From Allosphingosinicella sp. (GTDB lineage Bacteria; Pseudomonadota; Alphaproteobacteria; Sphingomonadales; Sphingomonadaceae), in contig DATINU010000314.1 in the NCBI GenBank assembly GCA_035473955.1, forward strand, positions 1 to 33,921: DNA of 33,921 nucleotides. The letters run 5' to 3'. How positions within the stretch are numbered: the first letter of the stretch is position 1; every line of letters begins with the position of its first letter. This document shows positions 9,238 to 23,289 of the stretch, in pieces. The notes beneath the pieces are model-generated. The model was not told where the DNA came from and ran no database searches. It worked only from the letters and a program-made list of their open reading frames with translations. Position numbers and translations under genes: made by a program.

Positions 9238-9996
9238 GTGAGCCGCCCGGTCACGCTCATCACCGGCGCGTCGGCCGGGCTCGGCGCCGAATTCGCGCGG
9301 CAATGTTCGAAACGCGGCGAGGCCCTGGCGCTCGCCGCTCGCCGCCGCGACCGGATGGAGGCACTGAAAGGCGCGCTCAGCGGCGAGGTTCACGTCTTCG
9401 AAGCGGACCTGTCGAAGGAAGGCGCGGCGGCCGCGCTGCTCGCCGAGATCGAGGCGGAGGGTCTCGCCGTCGATACGCTGATCAACAATGCGGGCTTCGG
9501 CCTCGCCGGCAAGTTCGAGACTCTCCCCGGCGATCGCCAGAGCGAGATGATCGATCTCAACGTCCGCACTTTGGTTGAGCTCTGCCATGCCGTGCTTCCC
9601 GGCATGCGTGTGCGGGGCACGGGCGCGATCCTCAACATTGCCTCGACCGCCGCCTTCCAGGCCGGGCCGAACATGGCTGTCTATTACGCCTCCAAGGCCT
9701 TCGTGCTCTCCTTCACAGAGGCTCTCCACCACGAGCTGAAGGGCTCGGGCATCCGTGTCTCCTGTCTCTGCCCCGGCCCGACCGAAAGCGAGTTCAGCAC
9801 CGTCTCCGGCTCGAAGAGCCCGACGCTGGAGCGGATCAAGGTGCCGGCCGAGCCGGTCGTCCGTGCGGGCCTCGCCGGCCTCGACAAGGGCAAGGCGATC
9901 GTGATCCCCGGCCTGCCCAACAAGCTCACCACCCAGATCAACCGCATCATGCCCCGCGCCGCGATGCGCCGCATCGTCGGCAACATTAAGGTCTAG
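9238..9996 (+). CDS. Short-chain dehydrogenase/reductase
   Basis: TGASAGLG, NNAG, YYASK; GTG start inferred. Confidence 0.93.
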   Translation: MSRPVTLITGASAGLGAEFARQCSKRGEALALAARRRDRMEALKGALSGEVHVFEADLSKEGAAAALLAEIEAEGLAVDTLINNAGFGLAGKFETLPGDRQSEMIDLNVRTLVELCHAVLPGMRVRGTGAILNIASTAAFQAGPNMAVYYASKAFVLSFTEALHHELKGSGIRVSCLCPGPTESEFSTVSGSKSPTLERIKVPAEPVVRAGLAGLDKGKAIVIPGLPNKLTTQINRIMPRAAMRRIVGNIKV

Positions 9997-10871
9997 GCCG
10001 CCTCGGCAAGCACCTCGTCGACCAGCCAGTCGTGGAACAGCCGCACCGGCCTGCGCCCGAGCGCGGAACGGCGGCAGGCGAACCAATAGGCATAGGGGCT
10101 TTCCACCGAGCGATCGAACAGGCGGTGGAGGCGCGGGTCGTGCGCGCCTTCCAAATGCATTTCGAACATGAAGGCGACGCCGAGCCCCTGCGCGGCGGCG
10201 TCAAGGATGAGTTGACCGGAATCGAGATGATCGACGGCGGCGGGCTCCAGATCGGGAAGCCCGACCGCCTCGCGCCAATAGTCGAAGGCGTCGGGCAGAT
10301 CGCGGTGAAGGAGGACGGTGGCGCCCGCGAGGTCGGCCGGGCGCATCAGCCCGCGCTGCGCCTCGCCGCCGATCGCGACGATGCGGTTGCGGCCGAGCTT
10401 CACCGCGTAAAGCGGCGGCTCCACCTCGCGCGCCAGCACGATCGCCGCGTCCAGGCCTTCGTCGAGCCGGGCCAGGGCATGGGGGCGGGTGTCGATATCG
10501 ATATGCAGCTCGGGGTGGAGCGTCCTCAGCTCGCCGAGCCGCGGCATCAGCCGGTAGGAGGCGAAGAGCGGCAGCACGGCGAGCTTCAGCCGCATCAGCT
10601 CGGCCTGACCCGAGGCGCGTTCCATGGCATGGCCGAGCTCGTCGATCGCCGGGCCGATCTCGGCGAGCAATTGCTCGCCGTCGGGGTTCAGCGCCACGGC
10701 CTGGTGGCGCCGCTCGAACAGCGGCCGGCCGACATGGCGCTCGAGCGATTGAATGCGCCGCGACAAGGCCGGCGAGGACAAAGCGAGTGATTCCGCCGCG
10801 GCCTTGACCGAGCCCAGCCGTGCCGTCTGCACGAACGCCTCGACCGCGTTCAAAGGCGGCAGCCGCTTCAT
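9993..10871 (-). CDS. LysR family regulator (GcvA-like)
   Basis: MKRLPPLNAVEAF...AAESLALSSPALSRRIQSLE HTH; substrate-binding domain with AAAQGLGVA. Confidence 0.93.
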   Translation of the reverse strand: MKRLPPLNAVEAFVQTARLGSVKAAAESLALSSPALSRRIQSLERHVGRPLFERRHQAVALNPDGEQLLAEIGPAIDELGHAMERASGQAELMRLKLAVLPLFASYRLMPRLGELRTLHPELHIDIDTRPHALARLDEGLDAAIVLAREVEPPLYAVKLGRNRIVAIGGEAQRGLMRPADLAGATVLLHRDLPDAFDYWREAVGLPDLEPAAVDHLDSGQLILDAAAQGLGVAFMFEMHLEGAHDPRLHRLFDRSVESPYAYWFACRRSALGRRPVRLFHDWLVDEVLAEAA

Positions 10872-10948
10872 CCGATCCTCCGCGCAATTTGTGCGCCGCA
10901 CATTTTACCCGCTCCAGATATTATGACGGAAATACGTCGTTCCTTGCG

Positions 10949-10961
10949 TGCAATTTTTGCA
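10949..10961. promoter_or_regulatory. LysR-type T-N11-A box
   Basis: TGCA-ATTTT-TGCA palindrome between lysR and the divergent sRNA. Confidence 0.65.
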
Positions 10962-11009
10962 TCTGTGGGTGCCGTCTTCGCACTTGCACAAAGACTGTGC
11001 AAGCGCAAA

Positions 11010-11078
11010 AAAGAACCTGCCTTTCAGGCATCCTCTCCTAAAGACTTTCAGGGTCGGCCTCCGGGCCGGCCCTTTTTT
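11010..11078 (+). ncRNA. suhB: SuhB/MmgR-like small RNA (5' end uncertain)
   Basis: TGCCT-TTC-AGGCA hairpin, anti-SD TCCTCTCCTA, GACTT, then a GC hairpin with T run. Matches the recalled suhB RNA layout and its position next to a LysR gene in sphingomonads. Confidence 0.7.
11050..11078 (+). terminator. Rho-independent terminator of the sRNA
   Basis: AGGGTCGGCC-TCCG-GGCCGGCCCT-TTTTT with no plus-strand CDS upstream. Confidence 0.88.
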
Positions 11079-11149
11079 CTTGGGCCCCGCGTTTGACGGG
11101 CCGCGCCGCATGCCTATGTGAAGCGCTTCCCCGAGGAGGCGCACTTTCC

Positions 11150-13459
<2,310 letters not shown>

Positions 13460-14831
13460 GCCAGGTCCAGCCGGCCAGCGCCAGCATCAGTGCGCCGGTG
13501 ATCAGGAAGGGCAGCTCGAGCCCGTACATGTAAAGGGCGACACCGAGTGCCGGCCCCGCCACGAAGGCGATGCCGTTCACCGAGGTGACTTGCCCGGCCA
13601 CCGCATTCTGCTCCTCGACGCTGACCGAGAGCGAGGCGCCGCTGGTGAAGCCCGGCCGGAACAGGCCGAAGCCGAGCGACGCCAGCGCGAAGCCGAGCGT
13701 CAGCCCGTAAGTGTCGGCGGCAAGCCCCGTTATCACCGACCCCGCCGCCGCGACCAGCGAGCCCCAGAGCACCAACTCGCGAGGGGACAGGCCCATTTGC
13801 GGGATCAGCCACCATTGCGCGAGCAGGCTCGCCACCGCCCCCGCCATCAGCACGATCGCGATCCAGTGCTGCGCCTGATCGAGCGGCAGATGCAGCCGGT
13901 CGATGACGAGGAAGCCGATCACGCCGAGCAAGATGGCATGGCCGTGCCCGCCGGCGATCCCGATCCAGTGCCAGGGCAGGACGCGCGGATCCCGCCATCC
14001 GAGTCGGATCGGCTGCTCCTCCTCATCCTCGTCTTCCCCGGTCGCGGTGGCGCTGGCGCTGCCGAGCGACGGGTAGGCGACGATCGGGCCCTTGGCCGCG
14101 CGCTTCGGGGTGTCGTCCGGCAGGCGCAGGACGATCAGCGTCAGCACCAGCGCCCCGATCCCGGCGAAGACGACGAGCGGCGCGGCGAGATCGAGCGGCG
14201 CGAAGATGAAGAGCGGCGCGATTGCCGGCCCGATGATCGTCCCCAGCCCGAAGGAGGAGGCCAAAGCTGAGATCGCGTTGGTCCGGTCGTCGCCCTCGGT
14301 CCGCGCCGCGATATAGGCCTGCACCGCGGGCGGCGAGGCGCTGCCGAAGGCGCCGTAGAGGGTGCGGCCCGCCATGAAGATGGCGAACGCGCCGAAGCCG
14401 CCCAGCCAGCCGGCGAGGCCGGCCGCCAATGCAGCGCCGCAGATCAGCATCGAGGCGATGAAGCCGTAAAGGCCGAGCCGCATCAGCGCGCGCCGCCCGC
14501 GCCGGTCCGCCCGATGCGCCCAAACCGGCGCCATCACCACCCAGACCACGGCGGAGAGCGAGAAGGCGACCGCGACCCAGATGTCGGCCACTGCAAGCTG
14601 GCGGCCGATCGCGGGCAGCAGCGATTGCATCGCTGTATTGCCCGCCGCGGCGACCAGCATCACCGAGAAGAGCAGGGCGAATCGCCCGCGCGAAAGGCCG
14701 AAGCCGTTCATCTTAACCATCTTTTCGCGGCGAATGGCCGAGAGCGGGGCGCCGGATGCACGCCTTGCACCTTGCCAAGCGCGCCCCGAACTGCCAACGC
14801 GTCCCCTTTCCGCAACAATCTGGAATTGAGC

Positions 14832-15449
14832 ATGTCGGCATCCTGGGAAGAAGCGCGCACGGAGAGTCGCTTCGCGCGCGCGGCGCGCGGCAGCCCGCTC
14901 TGGCACTTCCTGAAGGGCTTCATCAAGCACCCGGTGATGGTCGGCTCGATCATTCCCTCCTCGAAGGCGACGATCGACAAGATGCTCGCCCCGGTGGATT
15001 GGGCGAATTGCAAGCTGTTCGTCGAATACGGCCCCGGGGTCGGCACCTTCACCGAGCATGTCCTGCAGCGCATGGCGCCCGACGCGACCCTGATCACGAT
15101 CGACACCAACGAGGATTTCACCGACTATCTGAGCCGCAAGTTCACGGACAGCCGCTTGAGGCCGATCACCGGCTCGGCCGCCGACGTGCGCGAGATCATC
15201 GCCGCCTGCGGCTTCGACCATGCCGACTACATCCTCTCCGGTCTGCCCTTCTCGACCCTGCCGGCCGGCGTCGGCCCGCAGATCGCCGCGGAAACCCATG
15301 CGGCGCTCCGCCCGGGCGGCGCCTTCCTCGTCTACCAGTTCAAGGCCAAGGCCCGCGACTTCATGGCCCCGCATTTCCGCCGGATCGACAAGGGCTTCGA
15401 ATGGGTGAACGTCCCCCCCTGCCACCTTTTCTGGGGCTGGAAGGACTGA
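14832..15449 (+). CDS. Class I SAM methyltransferase, phospholipid N-methyltransferase-like
   Basis: VGSIIPSS, VEYGPGVGTFT, ILSGLPF, YQF, NVPP resemble Sinorhizobium-type PmtA. Confidence 0.8.
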   Translation: MSASWEEARTESRFARAARGSPLWHFLKGFIKHPVMVGSIIPSSKATIDKMLAPVDWANCKLFVEYGPGVGTFTEHVLQRMAPDATLITIDTNEDFTDYLSRKFTDSRLRPITGSAADVREIIAACGFDHADYILSGLPFSTLPAGVGPQIAAETHAALRPGGAFLVYQFKAKARDFMAPHFRRIDKGFEWVNVPPCHLFWGWKD

Positions 15450-15452
15450 GGC

Positions 15453-16634
15453 TCAGGCGCGGGGCCTGCGCCGCCCGAAGCTGATCTTTCGAGGGAAATT
15501 CAGCCGCCGCGACAGATTGTAGTCGGCGGTCGCCACCAGAAAATAGCCGAACGCCCATTTGAGGCGGTTCCACCAGGTCATGTTGGCCCGGTGCTCCTCC
15601 GGCGTGATCCGCTTGGAATCGGCGACCTCGCCGTCGACGAAGCGGCGCATCATGTCGGCGAAGTCCGCATCCTCGATCCTGAGCATCATCTCGAGATTCA
15701 GATAGAGGCTGCGCAGGTCGAAATTGGCCGAGCCGATATGGACGACCCCGTCGATCACGATCAGCTTCGAATGGAGCTTGGTCGGCTGATATTCGTAGAT
15801 CTGCGCGCCCCGCTTCAGGAGCCGCCAGTAGAAGAAGCGCGCGGCCCCGGTGAGGAATTGATGGTCGAGCTTCGCGGGTACGATGATCCGCGCGGCGCCG
15901 CGCTCCGCTACTCGAAACAGGCGCCGCAGCATCGAAAAGCTCGGAGCGAAATAGGCCGAGATGATGTCGATCCGCTCGGCATGCATCAGGTCGTTCTTGA
16001 CGGAGCGCGCCCAGGGGCTGAGCCGCCTTGTCGGCCCGCCGAACAGCCAGTGGACCGCGCCGTCGCGGATACTGCTCTGGTAAAGCGTCCGCCGCAGTCG
16101 CCGGATCGAGGCGTCGGGCAGTTCGGCCCAGGTGAACACCGCCTCGAAATAATCGACCAGGCAGGACACGCTATGCCCTTCCACCTGCAGGCCGAGGTCG
16201 CGCCAGGCGCCGGTCTCGGCCGTGCCGAAATAATCGTTCGAGATGTTGAAGCCGCCGATTATCGCCTTCACGCCATCGGCCAGCGCCAGCTTCTGATGGT
16301 TGCGCAGCAAATAGCGCCGGCCCCAGCGCGGCACGAACCGGCAGAAGCGCGCCTGCGCGTCGACCAAGGGCTGGAAGAAGCCCCCCGCCACCGATCCGAA
16401 GCCGTCGACCAGCAAGGAAACCTGCACGCCGCGCTCCGCCGCCGCGACCAGGGCATCGCGCACGCGCCGCCCCGATTCGTCGTCGACCCAAATATAATAG
16501 AGCACGCGGAGCGACTCCTGCGCCTGGTCGATCAGGGCGATCAGCGCCGCCAGCCGCTCCGGCCCGTCGGGCAGCAGCGTCAGCCGGTTGCCGGCGACCT
16601 CCATCGGCCGGATCTGGTCCTCGCCCTCGCTCAT
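15453..16634 (-). CDS. Phospholipase D family, cardiolipin synthase (ClsB-like, no N-terminal TM)
   Basis: Two HKD motifs: RNHQKLALADG...GGFN and LHSKLIVIDG...GSAN. Confidence 0.88.
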   Translation of the reverse strand: MSEGEDQIRPMEVAGNRLTLLPDGPERLAALIALIDQAQESLRVLYYIWVDDESGRRVRDALVAAAERGVQVSLLVDGFGSVAGGFFQPLVDAQARFCRFVPRWGRRYLLRNHQKLALADGVKAIIGGFNISNDYFGTAETGAWRDLGLQVEGHSVSCLVDYFEAVFTWAELPDASIRRLRRTLYQSSIRDGAVHWLFGGPTRRLSPWARSVKNDLMHAERIDIISAYFAPSFSMLRRLFRVAERGAARIIVPAKLDHQFLTGAARFFYWRLLKRGAQIYEYQPTKLHSKLIVIDGVVHIGSANFDLRSLYLNLEMMLRIEDADFADMMRRFVDGEVADSKRITPEEHRANMTWWNRLKWAFGYFLVATADYNLSRRLNFPRKISFGRRRPRA

Positions 16635-16700
16635 TCCGCCGACGCCTAGACCCATGACGGCACGCTGGGAAGGCGGCGGCGCTTGTTCTAGGAGTGGCGC

Positions 16701-17753
16701 GTGACCGTCTCGCGCCTCAGTCTCAGCGACTTTCGTTCCTATGCCGATGCGGTGCTCGCACCCGGGCCCGGCTTCGTCATCCTCACCGGCGAGAATGGCG
16801 CGGGCAAGACCAATGTGCTGGAGGCGGTGTCACTGCTCTCGCCCGGCCGGGGCCTGCGCGGCGCCGCCTTGAGCGAGATGGCGCGGCGCGGGGGAGCGGG
16901 AGGCTTCGCGGTCGCGGCTCGGCTCGGCGAAATTGACGTCGGGACGGGCGCAAACGCCGAGGCGCCCGAGCGGCGCCAGGTCCGGATCAACGGCGCGCCG
17001 GCTTCGGCGACCTCGCTCTCCGAATGGCTTTCGGTGCTCTGGCTCACGCCGGCCATGGACCGGCTCTTCGCCGACGCCGCGTCGGGCCGCCGCCGCTTTC
17101 TCGACCGGCTCGTGCTGGCGCTCCACTCCGATCACGCGACGCACAGCGCGCGCTACGAAGCGGCGATGCGCGCCCGCAACAAGTTGCTCGCCGAAGAAGG
17201 TCCGCGGGACGAGGCCTGGCTGACCGCGCTCGAGGCGCGGATGGCGGAGCATGGCGCGGCCGTTGCGGCGGCACGTGCCGCCACGGTCGCGGCGCTCGCC
17301 CAGCGGCTGGCCGTGGCGCCGGAAGGCCCGTTCGCCCGCGCCGCGCTGGCGCTGGACGGCGGCGAGATGACAGCGCTCGCCGGGTCCCGGACGCGCGACG
17401 CCGCCGCCGGCCGCACGCTGGCCGGCCCGCACCGTGCCGATCTTGCCGTCACCCATCTCGGCAAGGACCAGCCCGCCGCCCTCTGCTCGACCGGCGAGCA
17501 GAAGGCGCTCCTGATCGGCCTGATCCTCGCCCACGCCGATCTCGTCACCGCGCAAACCGGGCGCCGTCCGATCCTCCTGCTCGACGAAATCGCCGCCCAT
17601 CTCGATCCCGCGCGCCGCGCCGCCTTGTTCGAGCGGCTGGCGAACACGGGCGGGCAGGTCTGGATGACCGGCACGGAGACGAGCCTGTTCACCCCGATCG
17701 GCCCGGATTCCAGCTGGTTCGCGGTCGCGGACGGCGCCGTTGCCCGCCGCTAG
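16701..17753 (+). CDS. recF: DNA replication/repair protein RecF
   Basis: [39 protein letters not shown]; AGGAG SD. Confidence 0.96.
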   Translation: MTVSRLSLSDFRSYADAVLAPGPGFVILTGENGAGKTNVLEAVSLLSPGRGLRGAALSEMARRGGAGGFAVAARLGEIDVGTGANAEAPERRQVRINGAPASATSLSEWLSVLWLTPAMDRLFADAASGRRRFLDRLVLALHSDHATHSARYEAAMRARNKLLAEEGPRDEAWLTALEARMAEHGAAVAAARAATVAALAQRLAVAPEGPFARAALALDGGEMTALAGSRTRDAAAGRTLAGPHRADLAVTHLGKDQPAALCSTGEQKALLIGLILAHADLVTAQTGRRPILLLDEIAAHLDPARRAALFERLANTGGQVWMTGTETSLFTPIGPDSSWFAVADGAVARR

Positions 17754-17845
17754 CGTCGCCCCAGCGAAGGCTGGGGTCCAAGCGGCGTACACCGTCGCCA
17801 CAAGACTTTGATTCAGCTTGGATTCCAGCTTCCGCTGGAATGACG
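17754..17845. repeat. Palindromic intergenic repeat, same architecture as 4355-4448
   Basis: CGTCG/TGACG outer stem; CCCAGC-GAAG-GCTGGG; TCCAAGC/GCTTGGA central stem; TCCAGC-TTCC-GCTGGA. Confidence 0.85.
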
Positions 17846-17892
17846 GAAAACGGCGTTTTTCCTTGGGTTTCGGCCCCCAATTCCCTATATGA

Positions 17893-20397
<2,505 letters not shown>

Positions 20398-20418
20398 CCG
20401 CATGCCGGAGGGTCTCTT

Positions 20419-20952
20419 TTGAGAGCAGACATCGACGAGGTCGGAATACCGCTCCAATCGCACACTCATAGTTCGATACTCAGGGAGCGAATCGTCGAAC
20501 ATGTCTTCGTGGGCGAGTTGCTCAGGCGGCTGTGGCAGCTTCAGGCGCTTGAAGTTGAGGTTTTGCGATCCGAATTCGACACGGGCGGTTATGATCTCGT
20601 TCTAGGTTTCCATAAGATCGTACGACACATTCAGTTCAAGTCCTCGCTGGTCACCAGCTCAACTGCCGAGCAGTCGATCAGCCTGAAGCTTGGTGACAAG
20701 CCGAGTGGCTGTATTGTGTGGGTTGTCGTCAAACCGGATCTGACCTTCAGCCACTTTCTTTGGTTCGGCGGCCTACCGGGCGAACCCTTGCCGTGCATCA
20801 GTAACTACCCAGTTACGAAGCAAGCGAGAGCCAACGCGCAGGGTTTCAAGGCGGATCGGCCGGATCATCGTCGCATTTCAAAGGGCAAGTTCACGCGGCT
20901 GGATACCTTGGACCAAGTGGTGGTCCGTTTGTTCGACATAGCAACTGATTGA
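20419..20952 (+). CDS. Hypothetical protein, PD-(D/E)XK nuclease-like, low GC
   Basis: GGAGG SD then TTG; pattern E...D-x-GGYDL...HIQFKS; GC 27/60 in line 20581-20640 and 35/60 in 20641-20700, visibly below the flanks. Confidence 0.65.
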   Translation: MRADIDEVGIPLQSHTHSSILRERIVEHVFVGELLRRLWQLQALEVEVLRSEFDTGGYDLVLGFHKIVRHIQFKSSLVTSSTAEQSISLKLGDKPSGCIVWVVVKPDLTFSHFLWFGGLPGEPLPCISNYPVTKQARANAQGFKADRPDHRRISKGKFTRLDTLDQVVVRLFDIATD

Positions 20953-20960
20953 ACGGGCGG

Positions 20961-21355
20961 ATGCTTGAGGCTCCTGCCATTGCGCCGCGATCCGGGTCCA
21001 ATTCGAAACCGCTAAAGAACTAGCGCCCCGCGCCTGCCAGTGCGGGTTCTGCCGGCGGCATGGCGCGCGGACGGTCAGCGATCCGGACGGGGCGGCGGTG
21101 CTGACACTCGGCGGACCAGCGATCCGCTATCGCTTCGCCACAAAGACCGCCGACTACATCCTCTGCGCGCGCTGCGGCGTCTATGTCGCGGCCGTCGCCG
21201 AGATCGGCGGGCAGCTTTACGCGACGCTGAACCTCAACGCCTTCGATGACCGGCGGCCCGGCCTCGCCGCGGAGCCCGTCGCTTATGACGGCGAAAGTGT
21301 CGAAGCAAAAGCGGAGCGGCGCCGTGCAGCCTGGACGCCGCTCCGCCTCGCCTGA
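20961..21355 (+). pseudogene. GFA/CENP-V family gene with an apparent 1-bp deletion near the start (or a sequencing error)
   Basis: ATG CTT GAG continues out of frame to a TAG. The frame starting GGC at 20969 reads GSCHCAAIRVQFET...PRACQCGFCRRHGARTVSDPDG...CARCGV and is immediately preceded by TGA. One extra G restores MLEGSCHC. Confidence 0.8.
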
Positions 21356-21358
21356 GCC

Positions 21359-23206
21359 TCAGCGGCCGGCGAATCTCTGCCGTTCGGCCAGCTCGGTCAG
21401 CCGGACGAACTCGCGGCGCCAGTAATTGCCGCCATCGGCCCGGCCCGCCAGCTGCCGCACGTCGGCGAAGCTGAACCGGCCCATATTGGCGTCGCCGCGC
21501 AGCAGCTGCCCATAGGCCGCGACCGCCGCCACGAACGCGGTATCGCCGACGGGCGCCCGTGCCGCCGCGATCAGTCCCGCGGCCAGCGGTTGTTCGATCA
21601 GCCGCGACTGGTCCTCGCCCGGCAATTTGTAGCGCAGGCGGAGAAAGGCGAGCTCGCCGCTGTCCGCAGCCCCGCCTTCGGGCCGCTGATTGGCCGCGTA
21701 GCGCCGCTCCGGCAGCCAGCCCATGCGCCCCACCGGCACGATCTCGTAGAGCGCGGTGACCTGGTGGCCCGCGCCGATCTCGCCGGCGTCGATCTGGTCG
21801 TTGTCGAAATCCTCCTCGCGCAGCGCCCGGTTCTCATAGCCGATCAGCCTATATTCGCGGACATGGGCCGGATTGAACTCGACCTGGATCTTCACGTCGT
21901 GCGCGATGGTGAAGAGGGTCGAGGCCAGCTCCTGATCGAGCACCTTCAGGGCTTCGCGCGGGCTGTCGATATAGGAATAATTGCCGTTTCCGTGATCGGC
22001 GATCTGCTCCATCATCGCTTCGTTGTAATTGCCCGTGCCGAAGCCGAGCGTGGTCAGCGTGATCCCGCTCCGCCGCTCGCGCTCGACCATGTCGAGCAAG
22101 GCCTCGTTATCGGTCACGCCGACATTGAAATCGCCGTCGGTGGCGAGGATCACGCGGTTGATCCCGTTCCGGATCATCGAGCGCCGCGCCGTCTGATAGG
22201 CCAGGGCGATGCCCTGCGCCCCGGCGGTCGAGCCGCCGGCCTTGAGCCGCGACAGCGCCGCCTGGATCGCGCGCCGATCGGCGGTCGGCTCGAGCACGGT
22301 GCCGGCCGCGCCCGCATAGACGACGATCGAGACCCGGTCGTGCGGCCCCAGTCGGTCGGCGAGCAAGGCGAGCGAACATTGCACGAGCGGCAATTTGTCG
22401 GGCTCGTCCATCGATCCCGAAACGTCGACCAGGAAGACGAGATTCGCCGCGGGTCGTCCGGCGCGGGGCAGATCGTAGCCGCGCAGCCCGACGCGGAGCA
22501 GCCGCGTGTTCCGGTTCCACGGCGTCGTCACCATGTCGGCCGAGACGGTGAAGGGCCGCGCCCGGTCCTGCGGCGCCGGATAATCGTAGCGGAAATAGTT
22601 CAGCATCTCCTCGGTCCGCACCGCGGCTTGCGGCGGGAGCGAGCCCTCATTCAGCATCCGCCGGACATTGGCGTAGGAGCCGGTGTCGACGTCGATCGAG
22701 AAGGTCGAAACCGGCGCGTCGGCGACGGCCTGGACGGCGGCGACCTCCTCGCCGGCATAGCGTTCGCGATTGTCGGGCGTGCCGCGATAGCCCTGGCCGC
22801 TGGCCCGGCCATTGACGCCGATGCTGGCGACGGGCGAATTGCTTTGCAGGTTCGCCTGCGGGACGCGCGTGCCGCTGACGACCACGGAGCCGTCCGCCTG
22901 CGCCTGCCGTTGCGGCTCGGGCCGGGGCTGCGAGACCGGCGGCGGCGTCGGCGGGGGCGGGGGCGCGTAGACCGGCGGCGGGGCCATTCCGCTATACCTC
23001 CGGCCGCGGCCGTTGCCCGCCCGATCGCGGTCGTCTTCGTTATAGGCGTTCAGATATTGCGCGCAGCGCGCGTCGGGATCGCCGCGCGGCGGCACGGCCC
23101 GGCGGCCCGGCTGCTGCATGGCGCCGGCGGGAGTCGGAGAAAGTGCGGTGGGAGGCAGCCCGGTCAGGATCAGGGCCGTCGTCGAAAGCAGGCTAATGGT
23201 GCGCAT
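21359..23206 (-). CDS. Secreted VWA domain protein (YfbK-like, with DUF3520)
   Basis: STFSIDVDTGSY, VRTEEMLNYF, MIDAS DVSGSM, LATDGDFNVG, YRLIGYENR; AAGGAGG SD 6 nt before ATG 23206. Confidence 0.92.
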   Translation of the reverse strand: MRTISLLSTTALILTGLPPTALSPTPAGAMQQPGRRAVPPRGDPDARCAQYLNAYNEDDRDRAGNGRGRRYSGMAPPPVYAPPPPPTPPPVSQPRPEPQRQAQADGSVVVSGTRVPQANLQSNSPVASIGVNGRASGQGYRGTPDNRERYAGEEVAAVQAVADAPVSTFSIDVDTGSYANVRRMLNEGSLPPQAAVRTEEMLNYFRYDYPAPQDRARPFTVSADMVTTPWNRNTRLLRVGLRGYDLPRAGRPAANLVFLVDVSGSMDEPDKLPLVQCSLALLADRLGPHDRVSIVVYAGAAGTVLEPTADRRAIQAALSRLKAGGSTAGAQGIALAYQTARRSMIRNGINRVILATDGDFNVGVTDNEALLDMVERERRSGITLTTLGFGTGNYNEAMMEQIADHGNGNYSYIDSPREALKVLDQELASTLFTIAHDVKIQVEFNPAHVREYRLIGYENRALREEDFDNDQIDAGEIGAGHQVTALYEIVPVGRMGWLPERRYAANQRPEGGAADSGELAFLRLRYKLPGEDQSRLIEQPLAAGLIAAARAPVGDTAFVAAVAAYGQLLRGDANMGRFSFADVRQLAGRADGGNYWRREFVRLTELAERQRFAGR

Positions 23207-23256
23207 GTCCATCCTCCTTGAACCCAAAGGATGTAACATTGTCTCACGTCCGTCGT

Positions 23257-23273
23257 CTGAATGTCGCCTGAAC
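23257..23273. promoter_or_regulatory. 11-bp-period direct repeat (OmpR/PhoB-type site)
   Basis: CTGAAT-GTCGC-CTGAAC upstream of the VWA gene. Confidence 0.45.
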
Positions 23274-23289
23274 TCGTTACGCGTCCGGC

